From Gammaproteobacteria bacterium (lineage in GTDB: Bacteria > Pseudomonadota > Gammaproteobacteria > GCA-001735895): a DNA stretch of 64,000 bases. Under the pieces are notes generated by a model that worked only from the letters and a program-made list of their open reading frames with translations, did not search any database and had not been told where the DNA came from. The position numbers and the translations under genes were made by a program. Below are positions 32,601 to 42,578 of the stretch, one piece after another (the first letter of the stretch is position 1; each line of letters starts with the position of its first letter). Location: assembly GCA_030066335.1 (NCBI GenBank), contig JASJBV010000001.1, positions 9,065 through 73,064 on the forward strand, read 5' to 3'.

Positions 32601-32776
32601 TTCTCGACATCCTGTGGGGTGGCGCCAGGCCAGGCGGTACGGACCCCAATCGTGCGTACCTCCAGGTCCGGGATCATCTGCACCGGAATATTGAACGCCG
32701 CGACCAGGCCCAGCACGACGATGATCAGCGTTGCCACGCCGACCAGGATGCCGTGTTTGACCAGGTTATCGAACAT
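29603..32776 (-). CDS. RND efflux transporter permease (AcrB/HAE1-like, 12 TM)
   Basis: 1057 aa; characteristic TM/periplasmic loop architecture. Confidence 0.9.
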   Translation of the reverse strand: MFDNLVKHGILVGVATLIIVVLGLVAAFNIPVQMIPDLEVRTIGVRTAWPGATPQDVEKEILIEQEEQLRSVRGLQRIESSAEFGRARIELEFPFGIDLNKTLIEVMNALSRVSSYPNNVDQPRIIASSFSANAFMYFRIMPLPGNPRNIDITPMQDYIRDNVASRLEAIPGVSEVSVYGGADRQVQIVLDPRRLAERNLTVASVRQAIRERNIDVSGGEIESGKRRYLLRTIGRFSDVDELNDLIITRDGDALVRLGELADIRIGHFEIVRHSFANGQPAIGMSVRRNPGSNVIDIKRQMMLEVDAVNAEILQPAGMALRLVADDVGYVQASIFNVWTNLLIGALLASLVMYLFLRSGRATLVGIMGIPVCTIAAFIGLYASGRTINVISLAGVAFAIGMTLDNSIVVLESIEQAWRKGLDRWRAAVEGVRRVWPAVLASTLTTVMVFVPIVFIAEEAGQLYSDVAIAISASILASMAIAIAAVPAAAGRFVFAQPASAVARETGRMRRATVAVINWLVATSLRRFSVIALVGGICTAIIIWLTPAAEYLPEGEEPKLFARMSSPTGYNLETMTRIGMDLQEHFLPYLEHDPEQFARGETEVPAMLYMNMSIRATTIFIISQPKDPSHIKPLMDAVRAKFGDYVGMRSFVSRGSIISSNSGGTRSVNLDISGPDLQTIYQVALDAENRAKEVMQRPRVRSNPSSLNLSQPLVEVRPDWERLAETGMTHDEMGFTIAALTDGAFVDEFFFADDKIDIYLYSNTDRKASLDRLDKLPVYTPGGTVVPLSSLASVVETVDTSNIRRVDGSRTVTLNIIPPDAVALETAVEIVKQDVIGYMQDNGQLPAAVKIVTSGASDQLQSTKESLGANYLVALVIIYLLLVAIFSHWGYPVLIMTTIPLGIASGIIGLALLNLVGSLLLPAVGLQAIHQSFDMITMLGFLILMGTVVNNPILIVHQAMLNLREQGMSAVEAVRNAIDTRLRPIAMSTLTTVFGLAPLVFIPGEGTELYRGVGVIVMAGIIGTALVTLTFLPALTVAVLQWLESRHPAQAKAELQRP

Positions 32777-32791
32777 TCACCGCTCTCGCTG

Positions 32792-33898
32792 TTAGTCGTT
32801 GGTTGGTCTGACGCTCACCTTCTGGCCTTCGCGCAGTGACTCGTTGCCTCTGACAACGACCAGCTCACCCGCGGCCAGGCCGGACGTGATATTGATGCGA
32901 CCGTTGAAACTCAAACCGGTCTGCACCTGTTTCTCGGTCACCTCGGCCTGCTCATCGTTTTGCTCGACCGCCCACACCGTAATGCGGCCATCGGGATAGC
33001 GGATCAACGCATTGCGGTCGACCACGACGCCGTCATCACTGCTGCTGATATGCAGGGTGGCACTGGCCGAGATACCGGGGATCAGGCTGACCCCGGTATC
33101 GTCGAGGAGGGTCCGCAGCGGAAAGGTCCGCGAGCCACGGTCGGTGACCGGCACCACGCTGATGATGTTGGCGCTGAAGGTTTCGCCAGGCAGGGTACCG
33201 AAGCTGACCTCGATCCGGCTGATCGCGCCGAGCCGCTGGTAGACGCGCTGCGGCACCTGGAATTCAATCTCTGGCGCGGTCATTGATACCAGCTCCACCA
33301 CCGCATGACCGGGAGCCACCCATTCCCCGCGTTCCGCGTTGCGCGCACTGATGACACCGGCGAAGGGCGCGCGCAGGGTGTGCTGACGCAGGCGTAACTG
33401 TTGTTGCTGCTCCTCGGCCTGCAGGCGGGTCACCTCGGCCGCATCGATCGACACCTCGGCTTTCAGCGAGTTGATTTCATTGGCCGATACCGTGTTGGTT
33501 CGACCGAGCCGTTCGGCATCGGCCAGCCGGCGCCGGGCGTCCGCCAGTTCACGCCGGACCTGTTCGGCTTCGGCCCGTTTGGCCTGTAGCGACAACTGCT
33601 CCAGGTCGGATTTAAGGGTCAGGATCACATCGCCCTCGCTGATCCGGTCACCAATGTCGACGTCGATGTTATCGATCAGGCCGCTGATCTCGGTCGACAG
33701 GCGGGCCTGGCGCGAGGAGATGACGGTGCCGGTCAACGGCACTTCCTCGACCACCTCGGCCTGCTGCACCCGTTCGGTGATAACCGCAGTAGCCTTGTCC
33801 TGGGCGAACAGGGGATTTGCGATTAACAGCATCAACAAGGCCTGGCCCGGCGATAGCCGGTTTGTCAAACGGGGATAATCGGGTTGCCTGGTTGTCAT
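32792..33898 (-). CDS. efflux periplasmic adaptor (membrane fusion protein, HlyD family)
   Basis: Coiled-coil rich (AEQVRRELADARRRLADAERL) plus beta-barrel region. Confidence 0.85.
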   Translation of the reverse strand: MTTRQPDYPRLTNRLSPGQALLMLLIANPLFAQDKATAVITERVQQAEVVEEVPLTGTVISSRQARLSTEISGLIDNIDVDIGDRISEGDVILTLKSDLEQLSLQAKRAEAEQVRRELADARRRLADAERLGRTNTVSANEINSLKAEVSIDAAEVTRLQAEEQQQQLRLRQHTLRAPFAGVISARNAERGEWVAPGHAVVELVSMTAPEIEFQVPQRVYQRLGAISRIEVSFGTLPGETFSANIISVVPVTDRGSRTFPLRTLLDDTGVSLIPGISASATLHISSSDDGVVVDRNALIRYPDGRITVWAVEQNDEQAEVTEKQVQTGLSFNGRINITSGLAAGELVVVRGNESLREGQKVSVRPTND

Positions 33899-33954
33899 CG
33901 GATCATCTTAAACCACGGTCAGTCGTTGGAGAAGCTTTTAACGGGGACACTGCC

Positions 33955-36471
33955 CTAGCCCGCGTTGCGTAACAGGATCGCCGGGCGCACGCGCAAACGC
34001 CTGAGCAGGTAATGGGTGCCCAGGCCGAGCGAGGCAATGCTGACCACGACCGCGGTCAGGGCACCCACCCAGACCAGGTCAGTGGACGGCAGCTTCATGC
34101 GTATTTCCAGCAGCGGCAACGCAATCGCCGAACCCAGCAGCACTGCGAATATTGCGGTGACCAGGGCCAGCAGCAGGTACTCGAGCTGCAGGCTTTGCCG
34201 AATCACCGACAGCCTCGCGCCCAGGGTATTCAACACGGTGGCCGCATAGACCTGGCGCGAACGACCGGCCGCGATCACGCTGATCAGCACCAGCAGACTG
34301 GCCGCCAGGCTGATCGCGGCGACGACCACCAGGCCCAGGGTGGCCTGGCCAAGCAGGTCTCCGGCAGTGGCGAGAATACGCGCGGTGCGCACCGTGATCA
34401 CGTTGGGTGCCACCGCTGCAATCTGGCGCTGCGCGTCGATGGCCTGGGCATCGTCCAGCCAGGCGGCACCGACGTGGCGGTTAATGAATGGATCGAGCAG
34501 CCCATCGCTGACGATGACCTCGAACCAGAACCGGGTTTGCACGCCCTTCTGTTTATGGATGGTTGCGACCTGCATATCGATCGTTTGTCCGCCGACCCGA
34601 TAACTGATGCGATCACCGGCCGTGATGCCCAGCCGGCGTGCCTCCCGGTCTTCCAGCGACATTTTCGGTAAGGTCTCACTCTGCTCCCACCAGCTACCCT
34701 CGACCAGGCTGATTCCATCGATATTGCCGGCGCGGTAACTCAACTTGTGGTCGTCATTCAGCGCATCGCGCAGTTCATGATCGCCAGCGGCCAGCAATTC
34801 ACTGACCGGCCGGCCGTTGATCGCGTCGATCCGGGCGCGCACCAGCGGCGCGGTTTCTACCCGTGCGCCTTCCGCGGCGCTCTGCACTGCGTCGATCACA
34901 TCGCTGACCTGGTTGACGTTGATATCGTACAGCACCATGCCCGGCGACTCGGCCGGGATCGTGGCTTGCAGGGTGCGCATCAGCGACACCACGACCAGGG
35001 TACAGGCGACCAGCAGGGTCAACGCCGAACCCAGCGACAGTAGGGCGCTGCGCAACGGGGTACCCGGCCGGTGCAGGTTGGCCAGGGCCAGGCGCAGGGC
35101 GAAGCGGCCCTCGAGGCGCTGGTTGTGCTGCAGCGCGATGGCGCCACGCCGGATCAGGCGCAGGATGATCTCCAGCAGGACCAGGACCAGGCCGACCACC
35201 AGGATAAAACCGACGCCAAACAGTGGGTCCGGCAGCGTCAACAACACCAGCAGGACAATCAATCCACCGTTGATCGCGGTCGCCAGGCGCCAGGCCGGCG
35301 GGGTATGCCCGGCATCCTGGTCGGCATCGCGAAACAGGGTAGCCGGCGATACTGCCAGCGCCCGGCCGACGGCCGGCAGGGCAAAACAGAAGGCGGTCAG
35401 CAGGCCGAAGGCGAAGGCCGCGACTAATGGCGCCAGCACCGCACCCAGGGTGGTCGCCAGCGCCAGCTCCGCGGCCACCATGGTCGCACCGACGAGTGCG
35501 AGCAAGGCACCGATCAGACAGCCGACCAGGCTGGAACCACCGCCGAGGATACCGACCTGTAATAGGTAAACACTGGCCAGGCGTCGATTGCGAAGACCGA
35601 GCGAACGCAGGGTGGCGATAGTCTTGAGTTTGCCCTGCAGGTAGGACTGGATACTGCTGAAAACGCCGAGACCGCCGATGAACAGGGTGCTGAAACCGAT
35701 GATCAACAGGCCGGACGCAATCTGGCCGAGGCGCTCGGCGATCCGCTGGCTGCGGTCCTCGAAGGTGCGCACCTCCCAGGTTTCATCGGGGAAGCGCTCA
35801 TAGAACATGTCTTTCCAGCGCGCCGCGGGGATATCGGTAGCGACGCGGTAATCATAATCGACCCTCGATCCGGGATGGATCAGATCGGCCTCGCGAATGG
35901 CCTGCATCGAGATCAACACCGGCGGACCGCGCCAGTCCGCGGTCAGGGCGCGGTCCGGCTGATCCATGATCAGGGCCCGCACCTGCATGATCAGGGCTCC
36001 GATGTATATTTCCTGACCCACATCAAGCCCGTAACGCAGGGCCAATGACTGGTCGATCGCGACGCCCCAGTGCTCGCCGTCAAATGCAGTGAGGTCAGAC
36101 AGTTTTGCCGCCGGTTGCAGTTGCAACTCGCCATACAGTGGATAGAGCTCATCCACGCTCTGCAGTTCGACCCGGACAAAATCGCCCTCGGCGGTGCCCA
36201 GCATGGTATAGAGTTCGGTCATCAGCGACACCGTGCCATGCTCACCCATCCAGGCGAGGGCTTCTGCGGGCAACGGCTGTTTCGAATCGACGTCGAGGTC
36301 GCCGCCCATCAACTGGCGGGTATCCGCCAGCAGACCGGTGCTGACCAGGCGATAGAGACCACCGCTGGCAGCGACCAGGGTGACCCCGAGCACGATACAG
36401 GCACAGAACACCCATAGCGAGCGACCGCTCGCGCGCAGGTCGTGCCAGGCCAGCTTAAGCAGAAAGCGCAT
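33955..36471 (-). CDS. FtsX-domain ABC transporter permease (YbbP-like, two FtsX repeats)
   Basis: ~838 aa; start taken at [15 protein letters not shown]. Confidence 0.8.
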   Translation of the reverse strand: MRFLLKLAWHDLRASGRSLWVFCACIVLGVTLVAASGGLYRLVSTGLLADTRQLMGGDLDVDSKQPLPAEALAWMGEHGTVSLMTELYTMLGTAEGDFVRVELQSVDELYPLYGELQLQPAAKLSDLTAFDGEHWGVAIDQSLALRYGLDVGQEIYIGALIMQVRALIMDQPDRALTADWRGPPVLISMQAIREADLIHPGSRVDYDYRVATDIPAARWKDMFYERFPDETWEVRTFEDRSQRIAERLGQIASGLLIIGFSTLFIGGLGVFSSIQSYLQGKLKTIATLRSLGLRNRRLASVYLLQVGILGGGSSLVGCLIGALLALVGATMVAAELALATTLGAVLAPLVAAFAFGLLTAFCFALPAVGRALAVSPATLFRDADQDAGHTPPAWRLATAINGGLIVLLVLLTLPDPLFGVGFILVVGLVLVLLEIILRLIRRGAIALQHNQRLEGRFALRLALANLHRPGTPLRSALLSLGSALTLLVACTLVVVSLMRTLQATIPAESPGMVLYDINVNQVSDVIDAVQSAAEGARVETAPLVRARIDAINGRPVSELLAAGDHELRDALNDDHKLSYRAGNIDGISLVEGSWWEQSETLPKMSLEDREARRLGITAGDRISYRVGGQTIDMQVATIHKQKGVQTRFWFEVIVSDGLLDPFINRHVGAAWLDDAQAIDAQRQIAAVAPNVITVRTARILATAGDLLGQATLGLVVVAAISLAASLLVLISVIAAGRSRQVYAATVLNTLGARLSVIRQSLQLEYLLLALVTAIFAVLLGSAIALPLLEIRMKLPSTDLVWVGALTAVVVSIASLGLGTHYLLRRLRVRPAILLRNAG

Positions 36472-37186
36472 GGTCGCGGTCTTCAATAAGTTTGCCGTCG
36501 CGCAGGCGTAGCACGCGCCGGCAGCGGGCGGCGATCGCCTCGTCATGGGTGACCATGATCATCGACGAACCGGTCTCCTGATTCAGGCCGAACAACAGCT
36601 CGATGACCCGGGCGCCGGTATTGGCATCCAGATTGCCGGTGGGCTCATCAGCCAGCAACAGTCGCGGCCGGTGCACCAGGGCGCGGGCAATCGCAACCCG
36701 CTGCTGTTCGCCACCGGACAACTGCGATGGATAATGGCTGGTGCGTTCGCCCAGGCCGACCCGCTCGAGCATGGTCAGGGCGGTCTCGCGTGGGTTGTCG
36801 CGACCGGCGATCTCGAGTGGCAGCATGACGTTGCCGAGCGCGGTCAGGCTGGGCACCAGGTGAAACGACTGGAATACGATACCGAGTCGATCACGCCGCA
36901 GGTCGGCCAGGGCCTCGGCGTCGAGATGATCGAGGTCGGCATCCTCGAACAGAATTCTGCCGCCATTGGCCTGTTCCAGCCCAGCGAGCAGTAACAACAA
37001 GGTGGTCTTGCCGGAGCCCGAAGGCCCCAGGATGGCGACGGTCTCACCCGCTTCCAGACTCAGATCAACGCCGCGCAAGACGTCGAGCTGACCCTCGGCG
37101 AGCGCATAGGACAGGCTCAACTGTTGAATATCGATCAGCGGGGCGGACGTTATTGATTCTGCAGCAAGTTCGGCACTTGGATTCAT
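36455..37186 (-). CDS. ABC transporter ATP-binding protein (YbbA/LolD-like)
   Basis: [35 protein letters not shown]. Confidence 0.85.
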   Translation of the reverse strand: MNPSAELAAESITSAPLIDIQQLSLSYALAEGQLDVLRGVDLSLEAGETVAILGPSGSGKTTLLLLLAGLEQANGGRILFEDADLDHLDAEALADLRRDRLGIVFQSFHLVPSLTALGNVMLPLEIAGRDNPRETALTMLERVGLGERTSHYPSQLSGGEQQRVAIARALVHRPRLLLADEPTGNLDANTGARVIELLFGLNQETGSSMIMVTHDEAIAARCRRVLRLRDGKLIEDRDHALSA

Positions 37187-37358
37187 CGTTGGCTCCTGGT
37201 TTCGGCAGGCAGGACATTAATATTAAGCCCTAATCTCCTATTAATGGTTCCATCCTGCAAAATAACAATGCTAAACCGATATCTGTCACCGAATAGTCAC
37301 CGACAATAACACTGTGCGATCCGCAGATAAGAGGGTATGGTTGCGGCAGGAATCCGCT

Positions 37359-38231
37359 ATGCAAACTTCACTTATTTTTCCACTGATCTTCGTCGTGCTC
37401 TGGTCATCCGCGTTTGCGACCGGCTCGATGGTGACCGACGATGCGACACCTTTTGCCGCACTCGCCTTTAGATTCTGCCTGGTGACCCTCGGCTTTCTGG
37501 TGGTGGCCGCTATCTTGCGCGAATTCTCCAGATTTTCTCGCCATGCCCTGGGCCACGGGATGGTGACCGGGGTGTTGTTCCATGGCCTATACCTGGGTGG
37601 CTGCTGGTATTCATTCAGTGTCGGCATCCCGGCCGGCGTATCGGCGTTGATCGTCTGCATCCAACCCATTCTGACCGCGATTTTTGCCGGTTTTTTACTG
37701 GGTGAACACATCTCCGGCAAGAACTGGGTTGGTCTGGCCCTGGGCTTTGTCGGTGCCATCCTGGTCCTCGGGGTGGATTTCGGCTCCGAATATGCAGTGG
37801 ATGGGCTGATCGCCAATGTGATCGCGCTGGCGGCGATCACCACCGGTACCATCTGGCAGAAAAAATATTCTTCGACCCAGCCACTGGCAACCAACAACGC
37901 GGTGCAGGCAGCCTCGGCCGCCGTTTTTCACGCTGCCGTGATGTGGTGGTTCGAGGAGCCGTCAATCAACTTCACGTTGAATTTCACCCTGGCGATGGGC
38001 TGGCAGATTTTTGCCGTGAGCTTCGGCGCGTTTTCGGTGTTGATGTACCTGATCAATAAAAATTCGGCGAGCCAGACCTCTGCGCTGTTTTTCCTGGTGC
38101 CGCCGGTGGCCGCCCTGATGGGATTCATGCTGCTGGATGAGCGCCTGACCACGATCGACATGTTCGGTTTTGCGGTGGCAAGTTTCGGCGTCTACCTGGC
38201 CACCCGCAAGTCCAGCAAACTCGCAGGATGA
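37359..38231 (+). CDS. EamA/DMT-family transporter
   Basis: 10-TM pattern with two EamA repeats. Confidence 0.75.
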   Translation: MQTSLIFPLIFVVLWSSAFATGSMVTDDATPFAALAFRFCLVTLGFLVVAAILREFSRFSRHALGHGMVTGVLFHGLYLGGCWYSFSVGIPAGVSALIVCIQPILTAIFAGFLLGEHISGKNWVGLALGFVGAILVLGVDFGSEYAVDGLIANVIALAAITTGTIWQKKYSSTQPLATNNAVQAASAAVFHAAVMWWFEEPSINFTLNFTLAMGWQIFAVSFGAFSVLMYLINKNSASQTSALFFLVPPVAALMGFMLLDERLTTIDMFGFAVASFGVYLATRKSSKLAG

Positions 38232-38434
38232 AGTTAATGGCATTATTGGAACGGGACAGCGCATGGAATTGGTGCGATAAAGCAGCTGTTGAGTTGGTCC
38301 CGGGATCGGCATAGTATATCGAGAGACCCAATATCAACGAATAACAACAAGCGCTGCAGCAGTTGATTACTACCCAGCCGGGTGATCAGGCAAGCGTGGA
38401 TTCACGATTATCCATCCCAAAGGAGGCGTGGGGT

Positions 38435-39193
38435 ATGCACTATTCAATAGCCTGGTTGGTAGTTCTGAGCCTGTTCTTCGCACCCACAATTCATGCCTCA
38501 TCCATTATCGTCACCGGCGATATCACCGCCAACCGGGAAGTCGTGCTGTCCACCCGCATCATGGGGCGGATCACCAGGGTCCACGCCGAGGAAGGCGACC
38601 GGGTCAAGCTTGGCCAGGTAATCATCGAACTGGATGATAAGGAATACCAGGCCCGCTTGCGCATCGCCCAGGCTGCCAGGGAACGCGCCGAGGCCGAATT
38701 GGCCCAACGTCAGCGTACCCGCAACCGGCTGCAGGAATTGACCAAAACCGATGCCGTGTCGCAGGATGCGGTGGATGAAGCTGTGTACGGACTGGAAGTG
38801 GCCGAGGCCAATGTGAAGTCGGCCGAGGCCGAGATCGAATCGATCCTGTCTACCCTTGCCGAGACCCGGATCACGGTGCCGTTTGACGCGGTGGTGATCG
38901 GGAAAATGGCAGAAGAGGGTCTGGTCACTCAACCGGGCCAGGCCCTGTACGAAATCCAGGACCAGAGCCGGTTGAAGTTCCGGGCAAGGGTCAAGGAGCG
39001 CGACCTGGCGCGGATCAAGCTCGATGCAAAGGCCACGCTAACGATCTCCGCGTTGCGCCCTGAACCGCTGGAAACCCGGGTCATCAAGGTAATCCCCAGT
39101 GGTGATTCACGCCATACCTTCCTGGTGGAAATGTCGGTGCCGCAACTACCCGGCCTGTATCCGGGTATGTTCGGCAAAGCCGTGTTCGAGTAG
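38435..39193 (+). CDS. short RND efflux periplasmic adaptor (253 aa, apparently lacking the membrane-proximal domain)
   Basis: AGGAGG RBS; signal peptide, lipoyl-like and coiled-coil segments, beta-barrel; ends GMFGKAVFE immediately before the inverted-repeat element. Confidence 0.75.
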   Translation: MHYSIAWLVVLSLFFAPTIHASSIIVTGDITANREVVLSTRIMGRITRVHAEEGDRVKLGQVIIELDDKEYQARLRIAQAARERAEAELAQRQRTRNRLQELTKTDAVSQDAVDEAVYGLEVAEANVKSAEAEIESILSTLAETRITVPFDAVVIGKMAEEGLVTQPGQALYEIQDQSRLKFRARVKERDLARIKLDAKATLTISALRPEPLETRVIKVIPSGDSRHTFLVEMSVPQLPGLYPGMFGKAVFE

Positions 39194-39197
39194 CCCA

Positions 39198-39466
39198 GTG
39201 GTCCAAGCGGAGAATAAGGTGACACTCAGCCACAGCACAATCGATGTTGGCAAGGCGCAGTCCGCAGGGAATGGTCCAGCCCTTTTCAAGGACTGCAACG
39301 CAGTCCAACATGGATTGTGCTGTGGCCCTTCGGGAGCGGCTGTGCAGGCGCGACTCTGCGTTGTGTTTCTTGCTAAGGGCTGGGCCATTGGCTGCAAAAC
39401 ACGTCTTGATTCGCACCCGCACAGCCACTCTGAGCGTTACCTTATTTTCCGTTTGGACCACTAGGA
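39198..39466. mobile_element. MITE-like non-coding element with imperfect ~33-bp terminal inverted repeats
   Basis: AGTGGTCCAAGCGGAGAATAAGGTGACACTCAG vs reverse complement AGTGGTCCAAACGGAAAATAAGGTAACGCTCAG, 29/33 identical; internal nested inverted repeat CCACAGCACAATCGATGTTGG / CCAACATGGATTGTGCTGTGG. Confidence 0.5.
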
Positions 39467-39485
39467 CCGGGACGGGAGAATCGAC

Positions 39486-42400
39486 ATGCAGGCATTTCTC
39501 CGTTACTTCGCCAGTCGGCATACCCTGGCCAACGTATTCACCATGATGGTGGTGCTGCTCGGCCTGGGTACCCTGACCCACATCCAGCGCGACAATTTCC
39601 CCAGCGTCGATCTGGCCGAGATGGTCATCACCACGCGCTACCCCGGCGCTTCGCCGCAGGACGTGGAACTCAATGTCACCAACCTGATCGAGGAACAACT
39701 GAAAGAAGTCGACGGCCTGAAACGCGTGACCTCGTTCTCGATGGAAAATATCTCGGTGATCAACGTCAGGATGGACCTGGATGCCAAGGACCTGGACAAG
39801 GTTAAAACCGATGTACGGGATGCCGTATCCCGGACCTCCGGCTTCCCACAGGAAGTCGATGAACAGCCGGTGGTGCGCGAAATCACCACCGCCACCGGGA
39901 TCCCGATCATCGAGGTTGGATTGACCGGTGCGGACATACCCTACTCGGAACTGCGCGAGTATGCGCGCAATGCCGAGAAAGAACTGGAAGAAATCCAGGG
40001 GGTGGCCAGGTTGCGGCGCTATGGCTACCTCGACCGCGAGATCCATATCGAGATGCTGCAGGACTCACTGGAACAGTGGCAGATACCCGGCGCCCAACTG
40101 GTCAGCGCGATCGCCAACCGCAACATCCGCGCCAGTGGCGGTTCCTTCGAGTCCTATACCAGTGAAAGAAACATCGTGACTCTGGCCCAATTTGAAGACC
40201 CGCTGGAAGTCGAGGATGTCATCGTCGAGGTCACCGATGACGGGACCCAGATCCGGGTCAGTGATATCGCCATCGTCAAGGATGCGTTCGAACCGGAAAA
40301 ACAGCGCTCGCGGATGAATGGCAAGCCGGCGATATCCTTCGTCGTCTACAAGAAAGAATCCGCGGATATCATACGCACGGTAGACCGGATCAAGGCCCTG
40401 GTCGAAGAGAACCAGCACCGCTTGCCGGCAGGCGTCAGCATCGAGTATTCCAACGATGTGTCGGCGAATGTCAAAAACCGGCTGCAGGTGGTCGCTTCCA
40501 ACGGTATCCTCGGCCTGATCCTGGTGCTGGTGACCCTGTCCTTTTTCCTCGATCTGCGCTCCGCGTTCTGGGTGGCGCTGGGCATCCCGGTTGCGTTGCT
40601 GGGCACGATCTTTCTGCTGCCGGTGTTCGGGGCTTACCTCGATACCATAGCCCTGGGCGCGATGATCCTGGTCATCGGTATCGTCGTCGATGATGGCATC
40701 GTGGTCGCGGAGAACATCTGGCGTTACCGGGAACAGGGCTTGTCCGCCCTGGATGCGGCGGTCAAGGGTGCTGCCGAGGTCTATCGGCCGGTGATAACAA
40801 CCCTGTTGACCACGGCCCTGGCCTTTGCGCCGATGTTCTTCATGACCGGCACCCTCGGTGACTTTATCTTCGTCATCCCGCTGGTGGTGACCCTGGCCTT
40901 GCTGGTGTCGCTGGCGGAACTATCCTTCTCACTGCCGGCGCACCTGATCTGGGGGGTCAAGGACCAGGTCATCAACGTCAAGCAAGAACCCAGGCGGCTC
41001 AACATCGAGGGCATCAAGGAAAAGTTTGGACGCCTGCTGGGGGTATTCTTAAGATGGCGTTACCCGGTGATTGCCCTGTCGGTCGTTCTGCTCGTCTCGT
41101 CGTTCTGGTACGCGGCCCGCTACATTGACTTCGTCCTGTTTCCGACCCAGTCGGCCAACCGCTTTGACATGCTGGTCGAACTGCCCACCGGTTCCTCGCT
41201 GGACCTCACCTCCAACACCATGCGTAAACTGGAACGCCTGGTCGAGGAGTTACCCGAGGGCGAGGTTGAATCCTACGTGACCCGCATCGGCGGCCTGGGT
41301 GATTTTTTTGCCGGCGAGAATGAGCACTGGGCCTACCTTGGCGTGTTCCTGACCCCATTTGCCACCCGCGAGCGCAATGCCGATGAGATCGTCGAGGAAA
41401 TGCGCCAACGCAGCCGGGCCATTGAGGAGATCGAGCGTATCAACTTCGTCGTCGACAGCGGCGGTCCGCCGGTCGGGCGCCCGGTCACCGTGCGCGTGGT
41501 CGGCAGCGATGATGATAAACGCGTGCAGCTGGCGGACCTGGTCACCGAGCGCTTGCAGAACATGGAGGGCATCAAGGACCTGGACCGCGATGACAAGAAA
41601 GGCAAGGAGCAGATCAACGTGGATATCGATTTTATCCGCCTGGCAGATGCCGGTCTGTCGGTGGCGGACGTGGCGCGCAATGTCCGCCTCGCCTTCGACG
41701 GCGAGGTCGTGACCTCGGTGCGCTATGGCGATGAAGACGTGGATTTCCGCGTATTGTTCGAGGAAACCGCGCGCAGTTCGCTGGATACCCTCTCCGACCT
41801 GGTGGTCCCGAACCGGCGCGGTGAATTCGTGCGGCTGGAGGAAGTCGCCAATTTCAGCATCGGCAGCGGCCCTTCCAATGTCTACCACTTCGATAACGAA
41901 CGCGCGATCACGATCACCAGCGATGTAGTCAAGGGGGTCTTGACTCCACTCGAAGCGACAGACCGGGTCCAGCAGGGAATCGACCTTGACCGGGACTGGC
42001 CGGGCATGCGCATCGTGGTCGGTGGCGAGGCCGAGGAATCCGCCGAATCCATGGGCAGCCTGGTGGTCGCATTCGTGGCCGCGGCGGTGGGCATATACCT
42101 GCTGCTGTTGCTGCTGTTCGATTCAATGACCCAGCCGATCCTGGTTATGATCGCGATCCCCTTCGGCATGGTCGGTGTCATCCTGTCGTTTGCCCTGCAT
42201 CAAACCGACTTTGGTTTTCTCGCCATGCTTGGCGTGGTCGGCCTGACCGGTATCCTGGTCAATGACTCGTTGATCCTGGTCAACCTGGTCAATAACCTGA
42301 AAGCCGAACATCCGGAGGTTCCACTGCATGAGCGCATCATCATGGCGGCCAAGGTACGCATGCGCCCGATCGTGTTGACCTCGATTACCACCGTTGCCGG

Positions 42401-42578
42401 CCTGCTGCCGATGGCCTATGGCATCGGTGGCTCAGACCCCTTTTCTGCACCGATGGCGCTGGCGATGGGTTATGGCATCCTGTTCGCCACCCCGATCACC
42501 CTGATCCTGGTACCCTGCCTGTTGGCGGTCATGCACGATTTACATCAGATCCCGCTCAGGCTTAAGCGTGGGCAATAG
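39486..42578 (+). CDS. RND efflux transporter permease
   Basis: 1030 aa AcrB-like. Confidence 0.9.
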   Translation: MQAFLRYFASRHTLANVFTMMVVLLGLGTLTHIQRDNFPSVDLAEMVITTRYPGASPQDVELNVTNLIEEQLKEVDGLKRVTSFSMENISVINVRMDLDAKDLDKVKTDVRDAVSRTSGFPQEVDEQPVVREITTATGIPIIEVGLTGADIPYSELREYARNAEKELEEIQGVARLRRYGYLDREIHIEMLQDSLEQWQIPGAQLVSAIANRNIRASGGSFESYTSERNIVTLAQFEDPLEVEDVIVEVTDDGTQIRVSDIAIVKDAFEPEKQRSRMNGKPAISFVVYKKESADIIRTVDRIKALVEENQHRLPAGVSIEYSNDVSANVKNRLQVVASNGILGLILVLVTLSFFLDLRSAFWVALGIPVALLGTIFLLPVFGAYLDTIALGAMILVIGIVVDDGIVVAENIWRYREQGLSALDAAVKGAAEVYRPVITTLLTTALAFAPMFFMTGTLGDFIFVIPLVVTLALLVSLAELSFSLPAHLIWGVKDQVINVKQEPRRLNIEGIKEKFGRLLGVFLRWRYPVIALSVVLLVSSFWYAARYIDFVLFPTQSANRFDMLVELPTGSSLDLTSNTMRKLERLVEELPEGEVESYVTRIGGLGDFFAGENEHWAYLGVFLTPFATRERNADEIVEEMRQRSRAIEEIERINFVVDSGGPPVGRPVTVRVVGSDDDKRVQLADLVTERLQNMEGIKDLDRDDKKGKEQINVDIDFIRLADAGLSVADVARNVRLAFDGEVVTSVRYGDEDVDFRVLFEETARSSLDTLSDLVVPNRRGEFVRLEEVANFSIGSGPSNVYHFDNERAITITSDVVKGVLTPLEATDRVQQGIDLDRDWPGMRIVVGGEAEESAESMGSLVVAFVAAAVGIYLLLLLLFDSMTQPILVMIAIPFGMVGVILSFALHQTDFGFLAMLGVVGLTGILVNDSLILVNLVNNLKAEHPEVPLHERIIMAAKVRMRPIVLTSITTVAGLLPMAYGIGGSDPFSAPMALAMGYGILFATPITLILVPCLLAVMHDLHQIPLRLKRGQ

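Noticed and set aside
34817-35569. 250-aa plus-strand ORF, Arg/Ser/Ala-rich, and neighbouring plus-strand ORFs 34012-35621
   Set aside because: All antisense to the FtsX permease gene; composition is a GC-rich frame artefact
39099-39546. Two plus-strand ORFs (121 aa, 100 aa) crossing the inverted-repeat element
   Set aside because: Cys/Arg-rich nonsense translations spanning a structured non-coding element and a gene junction
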